Shown here: positions 23,996 to 37,630 of the stretch, one piece after another
Numbering within the stretch: position 1 is the stretch's first letter
How the letters are laid out: each line of letters begins with the position of its first letter
Assembly: GCF_004010195.1 (NCBI RefSeq)
Contig: NC_057720.1
Coordinates: 14,526,975-14,580,984, forward strand
Source of the DNA: Chiloscyllium plagiosum
Taxonomy: Eukaryota
Direction: 5' to 3'
Length of the DNA: 54,010 nt
Notes under the pieces: generated by a model
Database searches by the model: none
Seen by the model: only the letters and a program-made list of their open reading frames with translations
Told to the model about the DNA's origin: nothing
Translations under genes and position numbers: made by a program

Positions 23996-24741
23996 TTTTA
24001 AACTGATTTGGACATTATTGAAATCTTTTTAATATACGTATAATATTCACTTTTATTTTTGGATATTCCTTGACCTCAGCATGTCTTTGTAATTGATTTT
24101 ATAAGAATAACAAATGTGTAAAGGATTGCTTGGGAATTAAATGTGAATGTATTTCAAGCATAATAGATCCCCTCTTAGGTTAACAAATAAAATTGATAGC
24201 GAAATACCATAGAGACATGTCTAATTTTGAGCTCCACAACGATGCATTTGGTGTATTTTCTTGGACAGAAGCACAAAATGCACGATAACCAGTCAGCCAC
24301 CCATTTTTCCAAACTACCAAATATTTTTTGCTTCAGTGCTGAAGACTAATTTTACCCTGTAGTTCTATCCATCTTTGTCAACTTTCCTCCCTTTCCAGTC
24401 TTAAAGTGGTGAAGTCTTGTTAGTATTTGATTCCATCACTACCTGTCACCATCCAACACACTAATCAACTAGCTGCAGGTTGAATCTGAGCTATGGGAAG
24501 CCATTTAGCTTTTGTACCTGGGCTGTTGTCTTTGTGCGATCTTGGTTCATCCAGGAACATACTTGATGTGACTTTGTTTGTTTGTTTTTACCTGGTTTTC
24601 CTTCTGGTTTTTCAAAGAAAAATCCGATTTAAAATTCATTGATTTAGTGACAATTGCCTTTTTGATCAAGGAATTCTAAATTCCTGCCAGACTTTGTAGA
24701 AGTATTTCCTAATTTCATTCCTAAAAGGTCTGACTCTAATT

Positions 24742-24969
24742 TTGGGAGCAAATTACGACACATGCTGGAATCTACTGAAAACAACAAATACTGGAAATCA
24801 CAGTGGATCAGGCGGCATCAGTGGAGAAAGAGGGGCTAATGTTTCTGGTCGAGCTGACTCTTCGTCAGAGCTGCTTTGTTGGCTCTGAAGAGTCACCTAG
24901 ACTCTACATTAGCTTCTCTCTCACTTTATGAATGCTGCCTGACCTCCTGTGATTTCCAGCATTTTGTTT
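24742..24969. mobile_element. Palindromic Penelope-derived element, decayed hammerheads
   Basis: Inverted arms; minus-strand CTGACGA-A-GAGTC..GACCA-GAAAC at 24841-24868; direct repeat TCTGACTCTAATT at 24729-24741 and 24970-24982. Confidence 0.7.
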
Positions 24970-25924
24970 TCTGACTCTAATTCATTTGGGCTGTTTCTCT
25001 AATCGTGCATTAAACAATCAGCAAAATTAATTTTCTTACCTATGTGCCTAGGTTCTCCTTGGAAACATTTTTGAACTTTAGTAAATTTGCAGTTTGAGAA
25101 CTGATTACTTAGACTAGTTTGCACTCACACAACCAGTATATCCTTCCCAAATGTGATATTTGTAAATACTATAGTTGTGGTCTGACCAAAGCCCTTTTAA
25201 CAGGAATCTAATGAGGTGGGAGAAATTGATATAAAAGCCAGAGTTCCATTAGCCTGGACTTCTCACTTGCCTATTTTGAAATTCATTGACAACAGTTTTT
25301 TGTTTGTTTGTTTAATCTGAACATTTCATTTTAATTTTGTACTTTTATCTGCACAACTTGATAAAGTTGCTTGAGGGCTTTTGTGGTATAGCCGTAGCAT
25401 CCATATGTCTGAGCCAGAAGGCCTGGTTTGAATCCCACCTGTTCCAGAGATGTCATAACATATCTGAACAGGGTGATCAAAAATATTTATAATGTCGCCT
25501 AAGGCTAATCTTGGCCATTGATAAATAAAAATATCTATTTATGGCTCCTGTGATGTAATGTTAGTGATCCTACTTACTACTTGCCTACTTCCTCTTAAAC
25601 CCTTGGAGAAAACAGCCTGGTCCAGAGGGATTTGTAATATTTTAGTCCTATTAGTTTAATTGGTGCTTTTGTTTGTGTGATAATTTTCAATATTAGCATC
25701 CTTGGAATACCTGACATGGTGACCTCTTTCTGTACTGTAAAATTGGGCTTTAAGTAATTATCAACATTTCTGTCATTTCTTACTTTCATTGACAATGACC
25801 AGATACCAATTTTTAGCTTTGAATTATTTGCCAATATTTTGATCAACCATGAGAGCCAAACCTCCTCCTCCTGATTTCATTTGAGGTCTGCATGCCCACT
25901 TTTAGTGCATGTGACAGATAGTAG

Positions 25925-26025
25925 TCCAGAATGTGGTGCTGGAAAGGCACAGCAGGTCAGGCAACATCTGACGAGCAGGAGTGTCAATGGTTCGGGCAAA
26001 GCCTTTTATCAGGAAGGTAGCAGCC
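25925..26025 (-). mobile_element. Short family A element, decayed hammerhead
   Basis: Direct repeat TGTGACAGATAGTAG at 25910-25924 and 26026-26040. Confidence 0.7.
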
Positions 26026-29000
26026 TGTGACAGATAGTAGCCAAGTGACCATGGCTACTTCTAGGATACCCTCTGCTGCCCAAATTAAGAGCTAACTGGC
26101 ACTAATGGAGAGTCAGACTTTAGGTCTTCAAGGCTAATAAGGCTCAGCTACTGCTATAACTAGTTGACACATAGGGAAGAACCACAAGACTTGCCATTCC
26201 AGTATTTCTTTGGACCAGTAAGATCATACATTGGCACTAGTTATGTACTTGTTAAATTGGCTCCAAAAGGAATGCAGGTTCAACTCAGAGGCTGATTGGC
26301 AACATAACTGATGTCTTGTTATGAAAGGCCTTATTAGTGGATGTTTATGGGGCAAAAGAGATGAAGGATACTTTGCACTCAAAGGAAATACATTTTGTTA
26401 TTCAATTGAGAAAAGTCCATGTGCTAATATTATTGATTCAGGAGTTAATGTTCAAAATGGTAGCACTAGGAACAAGCAAAGAATAATGAAACCTTAGTTT
26501 TGAAAAGTGAACAGCCAAGGCCTGTGAAGAAATGCAGCAAATATATAAAAATAGTACAGTAGAAGTGCCTCTACTCCCATGAAAAATGACATATCTCAGT
26601 CAAGAGTCAAAAACTGATAGATATCATCAAGAAAGAAAGCACTTCAAGAAAGCTAAAAGATCTGAAGACAAAACCATAGCTCCACTGTAGGGGAGTGAAG
26701 TTGCAAGAAACAGTGAGTTGTGAGGAATTAGCTCTTTCTATTTTTAAATAGCAATGTTTTGGGGGGAGGGGAGGGGGAGGAGGAGAGAAGGGAGGAAAAA
26801 CATTGGAGTGGAGGACTTAAAATACCATTTAGGTTATCTGTTCCTCTGTTTGCTTGGCAACCAAAAGGGAAATTAATTGTAGATACTTATCTGTGGTTGT
26901 GATGTGAATGATCTTGAGTAGCTGCAAGTGGCCCAAAATTGTATAACATCAAACTGGGCTTGTGTACTTTTCCATCTATGGTATTTGGAAGAATCTGGTG
27001 GAAAGGAATGATTTCTGTTCTACAGAATTATGACTTCTCACAGCACCGAAGTGGGTTACTTGGCATATACATGTTAAGAGTGTACAGGAATCCTACCTTC
27101 AAAAGATGAGTCGTGGATATTGGTAATTTGAAAAGTATCATTGAGTGTTCAGATGGCAACCAGCGAGAAAATTGGAGGAGCTAACATTGGGTGATAAAGA
27201 TAGTTATGGAAAATATGATTGCCTCTTTATCATGCTTCCCTTGTCCAGAATATTAATTTGATAGCAGAGAAACAGTGTTGTAGCTGGGGAGTTTGCAAAG
27301 AGAATACTTTTAGACGAAGGAGTCTGGAACTTGGGGGTAGCTCGATTGAATGAGAGAAATGCTAGGGCATATACTTTCGAGTTACTGAACCAGACATCTG
27401 GAAACTAATCACTGCATGTAACAGAAGAATTTTTAAAAAGTAACCAGAACTCGGCTGCAAAAAATCATGATGCAAAGACTAATGTAAGCTTTAAGGAGCA
27501 AATTGAGACTTTAGCAGAGAGGAAAGTGGTGGCAGGAGAGAAGTAGGTTGTGTCAGTGTGTCTCCTAACTGCTTCTCCCCAGAATAGGAAAGAAACTACT
27601 GGAAACTGACCCAAATTTTTATTTGGATGTTTGTCTTGCACATTGACAGTTGCACTAAACAATAAGAAATATGCTTGTGACATTGAAGTAACCAGAAAAG
27701 CTCTGGTGTTAGTGATGTGAACAATTTGCAGAACAGTGTTTATTTGCAAGCATGATCGTGAACTTCTGATTTGTCACTTTTTAATTTTCCATCACTTTTT
27801 CTCACTGATATTTCTGTTTTTGAATTGCACTGTTCCATCATGACTTGATGCTAGTTTCTGGAAAAGCATTTTTTCTTTCAGCTGAGCAGTTTGCAGCCTT
27901 CTGAACGCAATACTAAACGGAGTAATTTCTGACCATGAATTCTTACGTATCATTGGCTTTCTGTTTTTTTTTCTTTGCTTATTTTCTTCCATTTTGTCAG
28001 TAGATTTGCCCCATCGCCATTTCCTTTCAGATAACCATTTCTGTCATTTAGCTTCTGCTCACTTTTGTCTTTGGATCCATATTCTGCTCAAAACCTATGA
28101 CATTTCTAACTCTTCCTAATCTGAGGAAAGATCATAGACCTCAAATGTTAATTCTATTTCTCTCTCCACCAATCCTGCTGAATATGCTGCATTTCTCCCT
28201 CAGCATTTTCTTTTTGTTTCAGATTCCTAACATCTGCAGTATGTTGCTTTTTGTTAATGATTGCTGCTTAAATGCAGGTGAACATCTCCTGATTAGGAAA
28301 CGCCTTTTCACATAGCAAATGGATAGGATCTGGAATGTAGTGTTTGTGTGGAGGAAGCGGTCAATTGAGGCTTTTCAAATTGAGAATTGGATTGTTGTCA
28401 GAAAAGGGGAAAAAGAAACAGGGAAAGTAAAGTGGCACTGGGTGAATTTTCCTTCAAGGGACCAGCACAGGTGTGATGGGCTGGAATGTACTCTGTGCTG
28501 CAACTATTCTGTAAGTCTGCTGGCAGTTATAAGGAATACATCTCTCTTCCCTTCAACTGGATGTAATAAAAGTTTAGAGTTTTGCTTAAATGACAACTCA
28601 GAAACGACGACGAAAAGTATATTATAAGCTTAAGTCCCTTTTGGTGAGGTTGATTGTGCAATCCCCTAACTCCAGTGAGGTGAGGTATAGAGTATGATTT
28701 TGCCCTATTAAAATCCTGGCAGATAATTAAAGCGGCAGATAATTAAAGCACAAGATAATTGACATTCTGCTGTGAGTTGCTGGAGGTCATGTCTGTGTTA
28801 CAAAATAAAGAACAGTACGGCACATGAACAGGGCTTTTCGCTAACCAAGACTGCACTGACACATGATGCCTTTCTAAACTTAAAATCTTCTTGCCTCTTT
28901 GTGGTCTTTATCTCTCTTTCTTGCCTGTTCATACATCTGTCAAGTTACCTCTTAAATATTGCTATTGTATCCACCTCTGGCACTTATTCCCTTTTTACCT

Positions 29001-29054
29001 TAAACCTTTATCCCCTATTTAAAAAAAAATAATGGGTCCCAGCATTAGTGATAA

Positions 29055-29260
29055 CCGAAAGAACTGTGGATGCTGTAAATCTAAAACAAAAACAGAAGTT
29101 GCTGGATAGGCTCAACATGTCTGGCAGCACCTGTGAAGAGAATTCAAAGTTAACCAGCGATTCTGAGAAAGAGTCATCGGACCCAAAATGTTAATTTTGA
29201 TTTCTCTTCACAGATGTTGCTAGACCTGCTGAGCTTTTCCAGCATCTGTTTTGTGTCTGC
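29055..29260. mobile_element. Palindromic Penelope-derived element (family C)
   Basis: GCTGGATAGGCTCAACATGTCTGGCAGCACCTGTGAAGAGAA / TTCTCTTCACAGATGTTGCTAGACCTGCTGAGCTTTTCCAGC; decayed core at about 29163-29194. Confidence 0.7.
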
Positions 29261-29261
29261 A

Positions 29262-29990
29262 TTGATCCCTGCAGAGCACCACTGGTCTCCGATCTCTAGT
29301 CTGATAAACACCTTTCCACTGCCACTCTGCCTTGTATGACTAAGCCATTTCTATAGCTATCTTGCCAGCTCACCATGGGTCCCATGTGATTTAATCCATT
29401 GTATCAGCCTACCGCACCGGACCTTGTCAGAGACTTGCTAAAGTCTGTATAGACCACATCTACATGCTGCCTCATTGATCATATTTGTAATTTCCTCAAA
29501 AAATTCAATCCAGTTTGAGAGAGAACCTTTACCATAAAGCCAAATGCTGCCTATCACTAATAAGGCAGTGAATCCTATCCCTAAGAATCTTCTCCAATAA
29601 TCTCCTGAACCACTAAGGTAAGGTTCACCGGCATGTAATTTCCTGATTGTTCCTTTGTTTAAGCAGGGCAATAGGAATAATGTTGGCTCTTCTCTAGTCC
29701 TCTGGGATATCTCGTGTGACTGAAGAGGACACAGATTTTGTATAAGGCTCCAGCAATTTCCTCACCTACCTCCTGCAGCATTCTGGGATAGATCCCATCA
29801 GGTACTGGGAACTTGTCTACCTTTAATGCTTTTTACAATACCATCTTTTATTTATGAGTATGCATGTCTGGAGACTCATCATGCACCATGACCCCTCCTT
29901 TGTGCATATGAATGCAAAGTATTCTTTAAGGACCTCGCCCACTCAGGCTCCACCCATAAATTCCCTCCTTTGTCCTTGAGTGGACCTACC
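29262..29990 (-). mobile_element. CR1 RT remnant
   Basis: IEFFEEITNMINE; PVGPLKDKGGNLWVEP. Confidence 0.75.
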
Positions 29991-32439
29991 GGTATAGCTG
30001 GTATTTGGGTTCTGAATCTAGAATTGCATCCTAGCACATGGGTGGAAAGGGCACTGCATTTCTTACTGAAATTCTTCCATTCCATTCTCCAAGTATAGTC
30101 TTTAACTGAGTTGCAGTGAACTATAGCAGTAATAGAATTTTGCTGCTTTTGACTTTCATAAACCAGTGTACCTTTGCTCTTGGCTTTTTTTTCAATATTT
30201 AATATTAAAGGTTTGTAACATAGTTTAGTTTATTTAGAGTTACTAATTTTTTTCTCACATGAAGTGATTTTCATGAATTAATTATCCCGAACCCAATATC
30301 TGTCTCTTAACAATTGTATAAGGAAGACTGGAAGTGAAGGCTATTAGGAAGTAACTGAAAGTATTTTATCAATGGTGTGACTAAAAACAGTTTATAATCA
30401 TTTGTATGAATCATCATTTTGAAATTTGTATTGCAGACCTTGTTTGTTTGAGAGACTGTGTGCAAAAGGGATTTTGCAACTGAATTGATTCTGTCCATTT
30501 CCAATACCCAACTATAAGTTTCCAGAAAGTTAACCAACCAAGTTAGTGCAAGTGTGACACCATCAGTCCTTGAAGCCATGGCGGCCAGCAGACACAAATG
30601 TAGCAACTCTAATAGCCTTTGCTCAGAGCTTACAGATCACCTGATGGCAGTATGTCTGCCTGATCTTTTTGTTTAGGAAAAAGGTAGTCATGGTGTCATT
30701 TGATAGTATGGGCAAATTTGGCTGCATTGTAGTTATAGGTTCTGGTGTCATAACTTACCAACTCAAAAGATCAAACGTATTTTGGATAACCAAAAGAGCA
30801 ATTTGGGAAGAATTCAAGGGTGTAACCCACTTGCCTTTGACTGCGTTCTCTTCAAGAATATCGTGTCATTCAGAAACACTTGAGTTTCTTACGTAAAATA
30901 TTTAGCATAATAGATATAATGCTGTCTTGAATAATGCAGTTAAATGAATTTAGCTAAATAATAAACTCCTTGATGGGATACATTTCCAAATTAAACTGGT
31001 GTAGATGTGAGCAGAATTTTTATGTAGTTAGAATGGGTAATTTTTGTTTTGGAACTGCTTTTCCTTTCACTATTAAGCTGTGATGTAATGTTTGTTTTGA
31101 ATCCCCATGGAATTTGACTCATTCCTTGGTACAGACAATCTTATCCAGTTGTTCCATATTGTGATTATGCTTACACAGCTTCATCATCATCATCATCTCT
31201 GGCCTACATCAATAATATTCTAAGACTTTATAGCCACTTTAGTTGGTTAAAAATTAAATTTATAACTTTGTATGGGCTGTTTTGTAACAACCTTAAATAT
31301 TGTGTTTTAATGGCATTTTGATTTTCTGCTCTAACATGAAAGATGGAGGATTGTCAGTTCACCACTTCTAATGATCACTGTCAAAAAAAAAAGTTGAATG
31401 CTGATTACTGGGTATTTTCAGTTGCTATCGGTAGCCAGTTACGGAGATCATACAAAGTTAGAATTGCAACTAAGAGTCAGATATGTTGCCAAGATTGTGA
31501 ATGGTCTGAGGAGGGGAGAGGTGTTAGGAATCAGTGACCAGTGTATGGAAACTTAGCAAGCCTCAGTTTTATGTTTGGCTTGCAGCCAGCCATGTGACAT
31601 CTGTATTAGAATTGGCAACACTGGCATAATGTTACTTAAGATACCTTGTATTCCCATTTTATAATGCTTGACCAACTATTGGTAACTGAAGTAAACCTGA
31701 CAGCTTGGAAAACATTCTTTTAAAAGAAAAATGACTGACTCTTTAATGCTGCTAAGTCCAGATACCATATGTTCTTTGACTTGTAGACCCTGCCTTCTGG
31801 AGATCAGCAAATCTATGCTGAGATAAGGGGAGCCAACCAAAATTGGAAATGATATTCTCTCCGTGACTGTGATGCATTGTTCCTGCTGACCTTTCTGCCA
31901 TGTCTTTGCTTCATCAAGTTCGGTGGATCTTCTCTGATTTGCTTCCAATCTAATTATTTTCCGTCATCTCCAATATTTCTTAGGCCATTGTGTGCACTGT
32001 TGTATCTGAAGTTTCCCAAAAATCTGTGCTTGGTCACTTTATTCTAATCTGATTATTAGTATGTACACCACAGACTTGCTACTAATTCCATCTTTGTCCA
32101 AAGTTTAACCAAACTGTTCATTTGCAGTTTTTTGCATCTCATTCTTTCTAAGATGAAAAATAAATCTAAACCCATATCTACTCAGCCACAATGGCTACCC
32201 AATTCCAACTCTGTAACGTTGTCAGCTTCCAGTTCCTGTGTCAGTTCATCAGTTGTTGGGAACCTTCATCTATAAACCTTCATCACTCGTTAATCTTGAC
32301 TACAGTATTTGTCATTCACTTAGCTTGCCTCAAATTCCAGAAAAGTCAGCTCTGAAAAAATTTGGTTTTCTGCTTTCCCAATGCCTTACTTTTCAAAACA
32401 CTTATATCCCTTTTGTAGCCAAGCCTTATCCTTATACTT

Positions 32440-32610
32440 GGAGAAAGTGAGGAATACAGATCCTGGAGATCAGAGTTGAGAGTATGGTGCAGAAAAGCAT
32501 AGCAGGTCAGACAGCATCTGAGGAGCAGGAGAATTGATGAATGATGAAGGGCTTCTGCCCGAAATGTTGATTCTCCTGCTCCTCAGATGGCTGCCTGATC
32601 TGCTGTGCTT
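32440..32610. mobile_element. Palindromic family A element
   Basis: Inverted arms; ATGATGA-A-GGGC-TTCT-GCCC-GAAATGTT at 32541-32568. Confidence 0.75.
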
Positions 32611-33045
32611 ATGTATATATACCTGTCAAGCCTTGCGGTACTCAGTCGTATTTCTTCAATCTTCTGATTCTGGCCTCTTCTGCATGCTGCCTTTACTGTC
32701 TACTTGTTGTGCCCTTCAACTGTCTAGTTCCATACCCTAGTGGAATTCTATCCTAAAACTCCCCTTATTTTCCATTTCTCCTCTCCACTCCTTTTAAGAC
32801 TATTCTTTCAAATCCACTGCTTTGCCAAGCTTTGATTGTTGATCCAAAACTAGAGACATTGGGAGGGGACAGTTTCTTTTTCTAATATCATTATCTTCTG
32901 GTGTTCTTTGTTATCCAACATGAAATTTATGTAAATAGATTACATTTAAATGAAAAGAGGCATTGTTTCTTTTATTTGAATTCAGTAATTTGCTTATGTT
33001 TGCATGCTAATACAAACATCTTAATTTTTTTGTCTTTCTCCATAG

Positions 33046-33121
33046 CAGTCTCTTCAGTTGTGTTTTTTACCGAGCGATGATACAATGTCAAAAGTTAATA
33101 GTGCTGCTAGTCCGAATTCTG
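33046..33121 (+). CDS. Candidate second exon of the host gene
   Basis: Branch-like TGCTAAT (33005), long pyrimidine tract, TAG/CAG tandem acceptor; open in frame with exon 1 (QSLQLCFLPSDDTMSKVNSAASPNS); donor TG|GTAGTC is weak. Confidence 0.4.
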
Positions 33122-33514
33122 GTAGTCTTCGTTTTTCTGTACAACTGGAGCTGTTAAGATGTGTGTTATCCTTTTATTGCTATCTTAGTTTTGACTTGCT
33201 GTTACCCCATTAATGTGACTGCTTATCTGCAATGGCAGTAATAAATCTGATACTTTTTTTTAAACAGTCAAGTTTGAGTGCAGTAGTATGCTGCACTGTA
33301 ATGCTTAGTTAAGGTTGACACATAGTAATGGGCCTGTACTAGTGACTTGTTGATGTGCACATGTAGACTTGACATGGTACCTTGGCCATAGTGCATAAGT
33401 TTTGATAGTTTTCTGGCTACAGCTATAATAGCATAGTACCAACCAGGATGATGATGATGAAATGATCACTATTTTAAATGGAAAAAGAGAGAGAGAGTCT
33501 CTATTTAGTGACTT

Positions 33515-36500
33515 AGAATCATAGAGAAGTAAGCACGGAAACGGACCCTTCGGTCCAACTCCTTCATACTGATCAGAATCCTAACCTAATCTAGTTCTAT
33601 TTGCCAGCACTTGGCCTATTTCCCTCTTAAACCCTTCCTATTCATATACTCATCCAGATGCTTTTTAAATGTTGTAATTGTACCAGCCTCCACCACTTCC
33701 TTTGGCAGCCAATTCCATAAACGCACCACTCTCTGAGTGAATAGATTGCCCCTGAGGTCTCTTTTATATCTTTCTCCTCTCACTCTAAGTCTATGCTTTC
33801 TAGTTCTAGACTCCCTCACTGCAGGGAAAAGACTTTGTCTATTTATCCTATCCATGCCCCTCATGATTTTATAAACCTCTAGAAGGTCACCCCTCAGCCT
33901 CTGATGTTGCAGGCAAAACAACCCCAGCCTATTCAGCCTCTCCCTGTAGTTACTAGTGGTGTACCACCGGATCTCTCTTTTTGGTCCACTACTGTTTGTC
34001 GTTTTTATAAACTATCTGGACGAGGGTGTAGAAGGGTGGGTTAGTACATTTGTGGATGACCCTAAGGTTGGTAGAGTTGTGGATAGTGCTGAAAGATATT
34101 ATAGGTTACAGATGAACATAGATAAGCTGCAGAGTTGGGCTGAGAGATGGCAAATGGAGTTTAATGCAGGAAAATGTGAGGTGATTCACTTTGGAAGGGG
34201 TAAGAAGAAGAATGCAGAGTACTGGGCAAATGGTAAGATTCTCAGTAGTGTAGATGAGCAGAGAGATCTGTGTCCATGTATGTAGATCATTCAAAGTTGC
34301 CACCCAGGTTGACTGGGCTGTTAAGAAGGCATATGGTGTGCTAGCTTTTATTAGTAGAGGGACTGAGTTTCGAAACCATGAGGTCATGCTACAGCTGTAC
34401 AAAACTGTCTAGTGGGCTGCACTTGGAGTATTACAGTTCTGATCACCGCATTATAGGAAAGATGTGGAAACTTTGAAAAGGGTTCAGAGGAGATTTATTA
34501 CGATGTTGCTTGGTATGGAGGAAAAGTCTTACGAGGATAGGTGGAGGGACTTGAGGCTGTTTTCGTTAGAGAGAAGAAGTTTGAGAGGTGACTTAATTGA
34601 GACATACAAGATCATCAGCGAGTTAGATCAGGTGTGCAGTGAGAACCTTTCCCCAAGAATGGGGATTGCTAGCACGAGGGGTGATGGATAGATTATAGGA
34701 TAGATGTTAGAGGTGGTTTCTTTACTCAGTAATGGGACGCACTGCCTGCAACAGTTGTAGACTCGCAAACTTTACGGGCATTTAAGTGGTCATTGGATAG
34801 GCATATGGACAAGAATTGAATAATGTGGGTTAGAAGGGCTTCAGACTAACTTCACGGGGTGGCGCAACATTGAGGGCCGAAGGGCCTAGTACGCTGTTAT
34901 GTTCTATAGCTCAAATCCTCCAACCCTGGCAACATCCTTGTAGGTCTTTTAAGAACCCTTTCAAGTTTCACAGCATCCTTCTGATTGGAAGGAGGCCAGA
35001 ATTTATCTCAATATTCCAAAAGTGGCCTAACCAATGACCTGTACAGCCACAACATGATCACCTGACACTTCTACTCAATACTCTGATCAATAAGGGAAAG
35101 CATACCAAATGCCATCTTCACTATTCTATCTACCTGTGACTGTACTTTCAAAGAACTGTGAATTTGCACTCCCAAGGTATCTTTGTTCAGCAACACTCTC
35201 CAGGACCTTACCATTAAGTGTATAAGTCTTGCTGTGACTTGATTTTTTCAAAAATGCAGCATCTCTCATTTATCTAAATTTAAACTCCATCTGCCATTCC
35301 AGCCTATTGACCTATCTGATCACGATCCTGTTCTATTGAGATAACCTTCGCTGTCCACTACATCTCCAATTTTGGTGTCATCTGCAAACTTACTAACTCA
35401 TACCTCTCTGTGTTCACATCCAAATCATTTATATAAATGACAAAAAGTAGTGAACCCAGCACTGATCCTTGTGTCACTCTACTGGTCACAGGCCACCAGC
35501 CTGAAAAACAACCCTCTGCCACCACCCTCTGTCTTCTACCTTTGAGCCAGTTCTGTATCCAAATGGCTAGTTCTCCCTGTATTCCATGAGATCTAACCTT
35601 GCTAATCAGTCTCCCACGGGGAATCTTGTCGAATACCTTACTGAAGTCCATATAGATCACATCTACTGCTCTGCCCTCCTGAATTCTCTTTGTTACTTCT
35701 TCAAAAAACTCAGCCAAGTTTGTGAAGCATGATTTTCTATGGACAAAGCCATGCTGACTTTCCCGAGTCAGCCTTTGCCTTTCTAAATACATGTAAATCC
35801 TGTCTTTCAGGATTCCCTCCAACTACTTGCCCACAACTGACATCGGGCTCACCAGTCTGTGGTTTCCTGGCTTTTCCTTACTACTTTTCTTAAATAACGG
35901 TACCACGTTAGCCAATCTCCAGTCTTCCGGCACCTTACCTGTGATTATCAATGATACAAATATCTCAGCAAGGGGCCCAGCAATCACTTCCCTAGATTCC
36001 CAAAGAGGTCTAGGGTATACCTGATTAGGTCCTGGGGATTTATCCACTTTTATGCATTTCAAGACAGCCAGCACCACCACCTCTGTAATATTGACATTTT
36101 TCAAGATGTCACCATCTATTTCTCCACATTCTCTATAATTTTCCTTGTCCTTGTCCTTGTCCTCAGTAAACACTGATGCATAATACTAAGTATCTCCCCC
36201 ATCTGCGGTTCCACATGTAGACTGCCTTGTTGATTTTTGAAGAGCCTTGTATCCTCCCAAGTTGCCCTTTTGTCCTTAGTGTATTTATAAAAGCCGTTTG
36301 GATTCTCCTTAACTCTATTTGCCAAAGCAATCTCATGTTCCCTTTTTGCCCTCCTGATTTCCCTCTTAAGTATACTTCTACTGTCTTTTACTCTAAGGAT
36401 TCACTCAATCTCTCCTGACTATATCTGACGTATGCCTCCTTTCTCTTAATCAAAACCTCAATTTCTCTAGTCATCCAGCATTCTACACCTACCAGCCTTT

Positions 36501-37630
36501 CCTTTCACCCTAACATGAATATACTGTCTCTGGATTCTTATCTCGTTCTTGAAGGCTTCTCATTTTGCAGCTGTCCCTTTTACCTGCAATCAATTGCCCC
36601 CAATCAGCTTTTGAAAGTTCTTGTCTAATACTGTCAAAATTAGCCTTCCTCCAATTTCGAGCTTCAACTTTTAGATCCAGTCTATCCTTTTCCATCACTA
36701 TTTTAAAACTAATAGAATTATGGTCGCTGACCCCAAAGTGCTCCCTCACTGACCCCTCAAGTCACCTGCCGCGCCTTATTTCCCAAGAGTAGGTCAAGTT
36801 TTGCACCTTCTTTTGTCGGAACATCCACACATTGAATCAGAAAATGTTCTTGTACACACAATAAATTCCTTTCCATCTAAACCCTTAACAATATGGCAGT
36901 CCCAGTCTATGGAAGGTTAAAAGCCACTACCATAACCACCACAGATAGCTGAGATCTCCTTACAAATTTGTTTCTCAATTTCCTGCTGACTATTAAGAGG
37001 GTCTATAATACAATCCCAATAAGGCTATCATCCCTTTCTTATTTCTCAGTTCAACCCAAATAACTTCCCTGGATATATTTCTAGGAATATCCTCCCTCAG
37101 TACAGCTGTAATGCTATCCCCCCCCTTCTATCCTTCCTATACCATTTGTATCCTGGAACATTAAGCTGCCAGTCCTGTCTATCCCTGAGCCATGTTTCTG
37201 TAATTGCTGATATCCCAGTCCCACCTTCCTATCCATGTTTTGAGTTCATCTGCCTTCCTTGTTGGGCCTCTTGCATTGAAGTAAATGCAGTTTAGTTTAT
37301 CAGCCCTACCTTGGTCTTTGCTTTGTTCCTTGCTGCCCTGACTGTTGGAACGTAAAGCATAGATCATTACAATGCAGTACAGGCCCTTGGGCCCTCGATG
37401 TTGTGCCGTCCTGTGGAACCAATCTGAAGCCTATTTATCCTATGCTATTCCATTTTCTTCCATTTTTGATTCGCTCCCTTTCCCAATTGTACCAGTCTCA
37501 GATTGATCTCTTTTCTCACTATTTCCCTGGGTCCCACTCCCCTTACAAGTTTAAATCCTCCCTGAACAGTTCTTGCAAATCTCTCTGCCAGTATATTAGT
37601 CCCCTTCCGATTCAGGTGCAATCCGTCCTT
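33515..37630 (-). mobile_element. Long decayed CR1 (EN, RT, 3' end) with nested insertions
   Basis: LNCIYFNARG..KADEL (37179-37367), EHFGVSDHNSISF (36510-36749), KVDKSPGPNQVYPR..PEDWRLANVVPLFKK (35823-36173), SQHGF..DVIYMDFSKVFDKIP..QGSVLG (35358-35822), RLRGDLLEVYKIM (33616-33921). Confidence 0.9.
33951..34908 (+). mobile_element. 5'-truncated CR1 nested in opposite orientation
   Basis: GPLLFVVFINYLDEG..WAERWQMEFNAGKCEVIHFG; LKRVQRRF..LFSLERRSLRGDLIETYKI; 3' GGGCCGAAGGGCC. Confidence 0.9.

Noticed and set aside
28718..28749. 16-bp tandem duplication GGCAGATAATTAAAGC x2 (similar small duplications near 44680 and 53655)
   Set aside because: Ordinary slippage or junction duplications with no further structure
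33440..33515. C/D box snoRNA (ATGATGA)
   Set aside because: Part of a (GAT)n microsatellite; no suitably placed CTGA D box or terminal stem
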